A DNA stretch of 64,000 bases, taken from an uncultured Chthonomonadaceae bacterium. Lineage in GTDB: Bacteria > Armatimonadota > Chthonomonadetes > Chthonomonadales > Chthonomonadaceae. Position numbers and translations under genes: made by a program. The notes beneath the pieces are model-generated. The model did no database searches and had not been told where the DNA came from. It saw nothing but the letters and a program-made list of their open reading frames with translations. The stretch covers positions 1,184,001-1,248,000 of the forward strand of contig CAWFQB010000001.1 of assembly GCA_963817895.1 (NCBI GenBank). Reading direction: 5' to 3'. How positions within the stretch are numbered: the stretch's first letter is position 1; each line of letters starts with the position of its first letter. Shown here one piece after another: positions 55,761-64,000 of this stretch.

Positions 55761-56056
55761 CTGCCGCATGTCCGGCACTGAATCAATTCCCGCTCGTATC
55801 CATTCCGAGCGGGAGTAACGTACAAGTCCAAACGGTTGAACAACGAAAGCCGTTCCAACTGTCGTTCGGGAATGATGGTTGCCGAAACATTCTCTGCAAA
55901 ATAGAGTTCCATTGCCCTGCCAGTCCGTGAAATACCTTTTGCCACCAACTCTGCCTTAATCGCCGAGTAAGCCGCATAGTAGGAACTGCTGATACTGCGC
56001 CTGAACAACTCTTCCTCCAGCAGTTTCTTCGCCGTCTTCAAGCAGTCCTGACTCAT
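55721..56056 (-). pseudogene. Truncated or chimeric HEPN-domain gene
   Basis: L..AK.LL......SIS.SYYAAY.A....L HEPN N-terminal motif; similarity is lost after about 40 aa. Confidence 0.55.
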
Positions 56057-56128
56057 TTCCTGCTACGTTGCCACTACGTTTTCCTCTGTTGATGTTGAAA
56101 GGAGGACGCGATATTTCGCGTCCTCCTT

Positions 56129-56157
56129 ATTATACGCCCGGTTCGCAGGAATGTCTA
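56129..56157 (-). promoter_or_regulatory. Sigma70-type promoter overlapping the ppdK stop codon
   Basis: TAGACA-N17-TATAAT on the minus strand; second copy AAGACA-N17-TATAAT at 59897-59925 on the plus strand. Confidence 0.7.
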
Positions 56158-58849
56158 CCGGTCGCGTTCGGTTCCGCTGTTGAGGGCAGCTTGCGCGGCG
56201 GCAAGGCGGGCAATGGGAACGCGGAAGGGACTGCAACTGACGTAGTTGAGGCCGATTTTGTGGCAGAACTTCACGCTTTCGGGTTCGCCGCCATGTTCGC
56301 CGCAGATGCCTAACTTGATGTCGGGACGCACCTCTTTCGCGCTGGCAACCGCCATTTGCATCAGTTTACCCACGCCCGTTTGATCAATGGTGTCGAAGGG
56401 ATCAGTCGGCAGGATTTTCTGCTCGATGTACGGCACGAGGAACTTGCCCGCGTCGTCCCGCGAAAACCCGAACGTCATCTGCGTCAGGTCGTTGGTTCCG
56501 AACGAGAAGAAGGCGGCGTTGCCGTTCGCGGGGTCGGCCAGTTGGTCGGCAACCAGACACGCGCGGGGAATTTCAATCATCGTGCCGAACATGTAGTCTA
56601 GTTCGACGCCCGCGTTGGCAATTACGTCGTTGGCGACCTTTTCCAGATTGCCGCGCACGGATTTGAGTTCGTTGACGTGGCCGACGAGCGGGATCATGAT
56701 TTCGGGATGGACTTCCTTGCCCCGCTTCTTCACGTCTGCCGCGCCCTGCAAAATGGCGCGTACCTGCATTTCGACGATGCCGGGGAATACGATGGAAAGT
56801 CGGCAGCCGCGCAGTCCCATCATCGGGTTGGCTTCGCGCATCCCCTCGACGGCTTGCAGCAGCGTCTCTTTCTTGTGCAGTTCTTCCGGATTGTTGCCCT
56901 TGTCGCGCAGTTCCGTCACCTGTACAAGCAGTTCGTCGTGGGAGGGTAGGAACTCGTGCAGGGGCGGGTCAATCAGGCGGATGGTGACGGGCTTGCCATC
57001 CATGACCTCAAAGATGCCCTCGAAGTCCTTCTGCTGAATGGGCAGCAAGCGGTCTAAGGCGTTTTTGCGAATGGTTTCATCGGTTGCGAGAATCATCTCC
57101 TGCACGATGGGCAGGCGCTCCGGCTCGAAGAACATGTGTTCCGTCCGGCAAAGGCCGATGCCTTCCGCGCCCAGATCAAGAGCCTGCTGCGCGTCGCGGG
57201 GATTGTCGGCGTTGGTGCGGACGGCCATAGTGCGGTAGCTGTCGGCCCATGTCATCAGTTCGCCGAACGCGCCGCTGACTTCCGGGGCAATCAGTTTCAA
57301 CGCGCCCACATACACCGCGCCGCTGGAACCGTCCATTGTAATCGTGTCACCCTCGCGCACAACTACGTCGCCAACCGTCACGGTTTTGGCGTCCGCATTG
57401 ACTTTGAGGCTCTCCGCGCCGGCTACGCAGGGGATGCCGAAGCCGCGCGCCACAACAGCGGCGTGACTGGTTTTGCCGCCGCGAGCGGTTAGGACGCCCT
57501 GCGCCGCCAACATACCGTGAACATCATCCGGGTTGGTTTCATCGCGGACGAGAATCACTTTGCCGCCCGCGCCGCCGTGTACGCCCTGAAGCGCGGCGGT
57601 ATCGGCATCGAAAACCACTTTGCCGACCGCAGCGCCGGGAGAAGCGGCAAGTCCGGTCGCGATTTTTTTCGCGCTGTCGAGTACGGACGGGTCAATGCGC
57701 GGATGGAGAAGTTGGTCTACATGCGAACCCGTGATGCGGTTGACGGCCTCTTCTTTGGAAATCAAGCCCTCATGCACCATGTCAACCGCGATATGCACGG
57801 CGGCAGGGCCGGTTCGCTTGCCGGAACGACACTGGAGCATGAACAGTTTGTTGTGTTCGATGGTGAACTCAATGTCCTGCATGTCCTTGTAATGGTCTTC
57901 CAGACGGTCGCAGGTTTCAATGAACTGCTTGTAGATGGCGGGGTTCTGCTGCTGCAACTCAGAAATCGGAACCGGGGTGCGGACGCCCGCTACCACGTCT
58001 TCGCCCTGCGCGTTCATCAGGTATTCGCCGAAGATGGCCTTTTCGCCAATGGAGGGATCGCGGGTAAAGGCTACGCCCGTGCCGCAATCGTCGCCCGCGT
58101 TGCCGTAGACCATTGCCTGAATGTTGACGGCGGTTCCGATGTCGTCCGGTATCTTCTCCGTGCGGCGGTACACAATGGCGCGATCCGTATTCCAACTGCG
58201 GAACACGGCTTCAATCGCCAATTGCAGTTGCTCATACGGGTCGGTGGGGAATTCCCGTCCCGCGTGGTCGCGGACGTGGGCAAGGAATAGTTCCGATACT
58301 TTTTTCAGGTCGTCGGCATCGAGTTGAAGGTCGTCCGTGACGCCCTTCTTTTCTTTGTATTCCTTGAAAATGTGGTTGTCGAAATCGTGCTTGCTCAGGC
58401 CGAACGCGACATCGGAGAGCATCATAATGAGACGGCGGTAGGCGTCGTAGACAAAGCGGGGGTTGCCGGTTTCTTTAATCAGGGCGTCAATCGTAGTTGG
58501 GTTCAGTCCGAGATTGAGTACGGTGTCCATCATGCCGGGCATGGAGAACTTCGCGCCGGAACGGACGGATACGAGCAGGGGCTTGTCACTCCCGCCGAAC
58601 GTCGCGCTCCATCTGCTTTTCGACGGCGTGAATGGCTTCGGTGACGGCGGGCATAAGGTCGGCGGGAACCTGCTTGCCGTTGGCGTAATAGGCGTTGCAG
58701 GTATCGGTGGTGATGGTAAATCCGGGCGGGACGGGCAGGCCGATGTTGGTCATTTCGGCGAGGTTGGCGCCTTTGCCACCTAACAAATCACGCATGGATT
58801 TGTCGCCCTCTGCAAATAAGTAGACTCGCTTCGTTGCTGCTGCGGTCAT
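56155..58849 (-). CDS. ppdK: Pyruvate, phosphate dikinase; indel near 58600
   Basis: [79 protein letters not shown]. Confidence 0.97.
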
Positions 58850-59230
58850 AGTTGGGTAGGTCTCCTTCTCAAACATTCGTAGTTTCGGAATGTGTTAGAT
58901 ATTGTACCCGAAAACGGCGGGAAGGGTTTAACGCGGGAACGAGGAGGAGTTCACCACCCGCTTCGCTAGAGGCACAGAGACACAGAGGAGGAACACAGAG
59001 GGAGAGGAACGATCCACAACTTTATAAAAGCGCGAAAGCCTTTAGGGTTCGTAAAAGTATAAGTTCCCGCGTAGGGGCAATCCCCCGTGATTGGCCTTCA
59101 GATGAGCGTCCTTCACCGGCAGACGGATCAAGGACGTATTCGGAAACAGCGCGACAGGAAAGCGGACGAATTGATTGTAGCGTCCGAACGCCTTCTTGAT
59201 TTAGCGCAGCAGCCATCCGAAAGGTGAAGA

Positions 59231-59827
59231 ATGTTCTTTACGCGCAACGTTCCGAAGCGACGTTACCGCGATTACACGCGCTACCGTGATTTGCTCCGCC
59301 GCGATTTTCAATATCGGCGCGCCTATTGCCTGATCCATGAATTTCATAATGGCGGTGTCGCAAACTTTGCCATAGATCATCACCGACCTGTACGTGGCGC
59401 TCATGCCCATCCCGATCTGGCAGACGACTACACAAATTTGTACTGCCACTGTAGCGAGTGCAATCAGAACAAGGCCGACAACCGGCCTACTCCGCAGCAG
59501 GAAGCATCGGGCTTCCGGTGAATTGATTCCTGCGAACCCTGGGGTAACCATGACCTGCACTGGCACATTACGCCTGATGGTGAAATACAGTGGCTGACAT
59601 CGGCGGGGGAGTATACAATCCGCATACTAATGCTCCACAGGCGAGAAGACTTGAAAGCATACTGGAGAAAACAACATCGAATTACCATGTTACGCGCTCG
59701 GTTGACGGAGGTTGTTGCACAGGAAGAACTTTCCCCGTCTCTGGCAGAAGCCATTCAGCGGCAAATTGCAGAGTTGAACGAGTTTTTAGAGCCGCCTGTA
59801 TTTAGCAGACCACGCCGTCAACGATGA
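59231..59827 (+). pseudogene. HNH endonuclease with an in-frame TGA at 59519-59521
   Basis: LRRDF.YR(C>R)AYC, IDHHRP, YTNLY..C.ECN..K; the same frame continues IDSCE...G.YTI..L.L.R to 59827. Confidence 0.8.
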
Positions 59828-59833
59828 TCGAAT

Positions 59834-59977
59834 TTCCGCGTTTGTCTGGTAGCCACCGCGCAAACCGCCCTCAACAGCGGAACCGAACGCGACTGGAAGA
59901 CATTCCCGCAAACCGGACGTATAATAAAGTGGCGCGTGAACAGTTTCACGCGCCTCTTCTTTCCAACTTAAACGGGA
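59834..59977 (+). repeat. Inverted degenerate copy of 56086-56227 (ppdK 3' end + promoter + hairpin)
   Basis: 27-bp identical core gccctcaacagcggaaccgaacgcgac (59867-59893 versus the reverse complement of 56161-56187). Confidence 0.92.
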
Positions 59978-60028
59978 TACAGGGAGAGCATGGAACAGAA
60001 GCGTAACGCGGAATAATGAGACGAGACA

Positions 60029-61234
60029 TTGACGAACAGTAACCAACGCAACGATATAACCTCCGGCAGCGATTCCGTTGGACTGCCTACGCCTGCTGAC
60101 ACCGCGCCGCTCTATGAGGGCGAATCCGCGATTGTAGATGCGGCAAGGCGTGTCGGAGAAACGGTTCTCGGTCCTCACGCGCAGGAGGCCGACCGCGCGC
60201 CCGGACCTCTGCTTTCCAACTTTCACGCCCTTGCCGAAGCCGGACTGCTGGGTATGAGCCTGCCCCGCGAGTACGGCGGACTGGACGCCAGCGGGCCGAC
60301 GCAGCGCGAAGTGATGGAGATTCTGGCCTCGTATTGCGGCGTGACCACGTTTACGCAGGCGCAGCATCATGGCCCCTCGCGCATGATTTGCAGCGGCCCG
60401 AACCAACAGTTGAAAGACGCGCTTCTGCCCGATCTGGCGCGCGGCAAACGGATGTGCGCCGTGTCGTTCGCGCACCTGCGGCGACCCGGCCCACCTGTTC
60501 TGCGCGCCGAACCCGTTGAGGGCGGTTTCCGATTGAATGGAACCAACCCCTGGGTGACAGGATGGGGCCTGATGACGCAGGTAGTCATGGGCGCGACCCT
60601 GCCGGACGGACGCTTCGTATACGTCTGGGTTCCCGACCATCGCGACGATTTCCTCTCGTTATTTGCCGATGCGGACGCGCCGGATGGCGATTGGGGCGAA
60701 CTGCGCGCATCCGCGCCCCTGGTGTTGTGCGCCATGAACGCTTCCGCGACCGTGGAACTGGCGTGCGAAAATCTGTTTGTTCCTCTCGCGCACAAATTAT
60801 CTGAATCCGACCGCGAAACCATGCAGCGCAACGACCGCAACGGCGTGTTGGGCGCGACAGCCATGCCGCTCGGCTGCGCGATGGGCAGTATCCGTCTGCT
60901 GCATACCACTGCGGAACGCCGCCCGCTTCCCGCCATCAGCCGCGCCGCCCAATCCTTTGCCCGCGAACTGGAAGAGGTTCGGGCGCTAATACGCGACGCG
61001 AACGCCCGCAATAACGAACCGGACTTTTTCGCCAACGCCGTGAAACTCCGCGCCCATGTCATAGACCTTGCCGTTCGCGCCGCCCATGCCGCCGTCACCG
61101 CCAACAGCGGCGGAGCCAATAATCTCTCTCATCCCGCGCAACGCCTGTACCGCGAAGCCATGTTCTACACCATACAGGCGCAAACAACGGATGTTATGGA
61201 TGCCACGCTTGCTCGCCTTGAACGGCCACTTTAA
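60029..61234 (+). CDS. Acyl-CoA dehydrogenase family protein
   Basis: LAEAGLLG..LP.EYGG, GFRLNG..PWVTG, AMNASAT, HPAQRLYREA; start uncertain. Confidence 0.85.
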   Translation: MTNSNQRNDITSGSDSVGLPTPADTAPLYEGESAIVDAARRVGETVLGPHAQEADRAPGPLLSNFHALAEAGLLGMSLPREYGGLDASGPTQREVMEILASYCGVTTFTQAQHHGPSRMICSGPNQQLKDALLPDLARGKRMCAVSFAHLRRPGPPVLRAEPVEGGFRLNGTNPWVTGWGLMTQVVMGATLPDGRFVYVWVPDHRDDFLSLFADADAPDGDWGELRASAPLVLCAMNASATVELACENLFVPLAHKLSESDRETMQRNDRNGVLGATAMPLGCAMGSIRLLHTTAERRPLPAISRAAQSFARELEEVRALIRDANARNNEPDFFANAVKLRAHVIDLAVRAAHAAVTANSGGANNLSHPAQRLYREAMFYTIQAQTTDVMDATLARLERPL

Positions 61235-61267
61235 CTACGTTCAAGTTCAATTAAGGATAGTATCAAG

Positions 61268-61870
61268 ATGCCCGAACTAACGGTTGCTTACGATGTGATT
61301 TGTCCCTGGTGCTGGGTAGGTTGGAAGCAGGCCGCGCGACTGAAGCAGGAGTTCCCGACGCTCACGTTTCGATGGGTGGGATACGAATTGTTGCCGGTGG
61401 GACTGGAATATACGCCCTCACCGCCCGACCCGAACGCCGCCAGAAAGCCGCGCGTCCCCTCCCGTTTAGATCTACTATTAGCTGCGGAAGGATTGACATT
61501 GCCGAAGCGAACGCGCGGACTGTCCAATTCCCGGCTGGCGCTGGAGGGCGCGGAATTTGCGCATGAGGCAGGCAAAGCCGATGCGTATCTCGACGCGCTG
61601 TATCACGCCTATTGGGAAGACGATCAGGACATCAGCGACAGGGCCGTATTGACCGAAATCGCGGAAACAGCGGGGCTGGACGCTGCCGCGTTTATGACCG
61701 CGCTGGAAACCCATGCCTACTGTGACCGGGTTGTTGAATACGATGACCCGGCACACGAAGCGGGCGTATGGAACGTGCCGACGTGGATGTTCCCCGAAGA
61801 GTGGGTGGCGGAACAGCCGTATTCCACCCTGCGGGAAATGGCCGCGCGGTTTATCGCGCCAAACCCATAG
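61268..61870 (+). CDS. DsbA/FrnE-like thioredoxin-fold protein
   Basis: YDVICPWCWVG, LYHAYW....DIS, GV..VPT. Confidence 0.88.
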   Translation: MPELTVAYDVICPWCWVGWKQAARLKQEFPTLTFRWVGYELLPVGLEYTPSPPDPNAARKPRVPSRLDLLLAAEGLTLPKRTRGLSNSRLALEGAEFAHEAGKADAYLDALYHAYWEDDQDISDRAVLTEIAETAGLDAAAFMTALETHAYCDRVVEYDDPAHEAGVWNVPTWMFPEEWVAEQPYSTLREMAARFIAPNP

Positions 61871-62100
61871 TTGCCTGTCACGAAATACCCTTTTGCCCTG
61901 ATATGAGCCTGAAAGAACCATCTTCCGGTATTTCTTTCAGGCTATTTGCTTGTGTATCCCCTTTAGTTGCCTCCTTATCCACCCGATTATCAGAAGGAAT
62001 TGTTTTTCTCGCGGAGCAAGATCATACAGGCATTTGTATCGAATACAAAATACTGTTCCCGAGGCTCCGGGCGTTCTCCTTCAAGGGGGTATGTTGTTCC

Positions 62101-63389
62101 ATGATGCGCAACAGTAAACGCGAACCCGGTCTGGTACTGGGCGCCGCTTCGATTGTTCTTCTGCTCGCCGCCTGGCTGCTGTTTCCGACAGCCACAATGC
62201 CGGGGGGCCGTCTTGTTTTTGCCCTGCTTTTGGCTGGGCTTTTGTGCCGTGCCTGCCGTCTGCTACTTCCGCCTGATGCGCGAATCCGCCGCGCCGCGCT
62301 GCGATTATGCAGGCGGAAGAGCAGGAGCGCGCCCAACTTGTGGCGACCATGCAAAGGGAAAAGCAGGCGCATGCCCGCCTTGTGGCGATCCTGGAAGCCA
62401 CGCCCGATCTGGTCGCCATCAACGACATACATGGTCGAATCTGTTATCTCAATCAGGCCGGGCGCAAAATGCTGGGACTGGAAGATGCCCCATCCGTTGC
62501 CTGCGCCGACAGTCCTGCCTCCCTGCCAGGCATAGATGTTTGCGATGTGGCCGATGATCTGTTTCCCATCGGCCTGGAAGACGGTTACTGGAGCGGGGAA
62601 AAAACGCTAAAGCTGGACGATGGGCGCAAACTCCCCGTTTCACAGGTGGTTGTCGCGCACAGGGAACAGAATGGTCAGCTGGGGTTTCTGTCCACCATTG
62701 CCCGCGACATCACGGAACGCAAGCAGTTGGATGCGCAGATGCAGGAGCAATTGCTCATCATCCGCGAACAAAAAGAGGCGCTGGAACAGCACGAAGCGGA
62801 GTTGATAACCATCAATGCCCGCATTGCCCGGTCCTACGCCGAATTACAGGAGGCCAACCGCAGTCTGGAAGCGCTGGCGACAACGGATGGATTGACCGGG
62901 CTTTGCAATCACCGCGCGTTTCAGCAAAAATTGGCAGCAGAATTCGACCGCAGCGCGCGCTACCACACCCCGCTGTCGCTGCTGCTCATTGACGTGGACA
63001 AGTTCAAGCCGTTCAACGATACGTATGGACACCCGGCGGGCGATGAAGTGCTGAAACAGGTGGCATCCCTGCTGCAATCCGCCGCCCGAACTACGGACTG
63101 CGTGGCGCGTTACGGCGGGGAAGAGTTCGTTGTTATTCTGCCGGAAACGGATGAAAACGGCGCATTGGAGGCGGCGGAGCGCATCCGTCTTGCCATAGAA
63201 CAGGCTCCCTGGCAGAAGCGTTCCATTACCATCAGCGCGGGACTGGCCTCCATGCGCCTGGACACCTCAAACCCCGCCATGCTCATCGAAGAGGCCGACA
63301 AAGCGCTGTACGTGTCCAAAGAGTTCGGGCGCAACTGCGTCACGCATCACGACGCGCTGCTCAATGCGTTGGTTCAGGGAAGTAGATAG
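62101..63389 (+). CDS. Membrane-associated PAS + GGDEF diguanylate cyclase; indel in the 5' TM region
   Basis: PAS/PAC ending RDITERK, TDGLTGL.N.R, IDVDKFK..ND.YGH..GD, ARYGGEEF. Confidence 0.92.
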
Positions 63390-63488
63390 GTAGGTGGGTA
63401 GATGGTAGATAGGTAGAGATTACACTCTTCAATTGCGCCATGTTCTAAATAACAGAGGCTACCTATCTACCTATCTACCTCCCCCTAC
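63382..63488. repeat. Inverted pair of octamer arrays (GGTAGATA)n ... (TATCTACC)n between convergent genes
   Basis: 63382-63417 versus 63459-63488; each arm starts at a stop codon. Confidence 0.8.
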
Positions 63489-64000
63489 TCCTCCCACGGA
63501 AACAGATCGGGCGGTTCGTTGTCGAACCGGGCCGTGACAGGCAGGGGATGCAGAGCGCGGGTGGTGTCCACGTAAAGAAAAGCGTCGTAGCGGTCGGGCA
63601 AAATGGTGGGAACGTAATTGCCCCAACGTTCCTGTTCCGGGTTGTACACCACCCCGACCGCCCGATGCCCGCGTCTGGTTCGCGCTATATCCGGGGCGTC
63701 GTCGAGCAGCAGCAGTTTGTTGCGCTCTCCCGCCTGCCGCAGAATGGCTTCCCAACTCCCCTCGCGCGCCGGGGGCAGATTCATGCGCTCCCAATCCGCG
63801 CCCCAGGAACGCCCCGCGATCACGCTGCCCTGATAAGAACCGCAGCCTACCAGAAACACGTCTTCGGGGGAATGGTGTTCCCGTGCCAACTGCCCGATAT
63901 TGTGCATGCCCTCCTCGGCCATATCTGTTGCGCGGGCGTCGCCAATGTGCGTGTTATGCTCCCACACAATGGCTTTTACAGGGCGGCGTTTGGTATTCGG
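63485..64000 (-). CDS. Erythromycin esterase family protein (3' part)
   Basis: KAIVWEHNTHIGDARAT, NIGQL, G.VIA...W, RAVGVVY.PE.E...NY..T.L..RYDA. Confidence 0.88.
   Translation of the reverse strand, partial: PNTKRRPVKAIVWEHNTHIGDARATDMAEEGMHNIGQLAREHHSPEDVFLVGCGSYQGSVIAGRSWGADWERMNLPPAREGSWEAILRQAGERNKLLLLDDAPDIARTRRGHRAVGVVYNPEQERWGNYVPTILPDRYDAFLYVDTTRALHPLPVTARFDNEPPDLFPWEE

Noticed and set aside
58580..58620. Programmed frameshift or pseudogenisation of ppdK, tricorn, DUF1592, DUF1552 and the diguanylate cyclase
   Set aside because: Scattered single-base indels in otherwise conserved genes are best explained as consensus errors; only the IS3 A8G site fits a known signal

Overview
64 kb of a GC-rich bacterial chromosome. 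The gene content (PEP-CTERM protein, DUF1592/DUF1552 pair, membrane-anchored ECF sigma, tricorn protease, cyclase-STAND-TPR protein) suggests a Gram-negative soil/aquatic lineage such as Armatimonadota, though this is inference only. Many genes carry single-base indels, most likely assembly errors. Core genes: tig-clpP-clpX, assimilatory nitrate reductase plus transporter, tricorn protease, MATE-like transporter, glycogen debranching enzyme, MarR-RND, ppdK, acyl-CoA dehydrogenase, DsbA-like protein and a diguanylate cyclase. Accessory content: two PIN toxin-antitoxin pairs; a SIR2-NACHT defence gene broken by an IS3 element and a 123-bp MITE; an IS5-family element splitting a YceI-redoxin fusion; and HNH, HEPN and aspartic-protease remnants. 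Two patterns are not explained by the gene calls. (1) Short 7-9 bp tandem arrays are always arranged G-rich arm, spacer, C-rich arm. They are sometimes nested, and occur both between genes and translated in frame inside four unrelated proteins (EKEKRRKGE). (2) Accessory cargo genes are repeatedly bounded by degenerate duplicates of a neighbouring gene's 3' end or its downstream signals.
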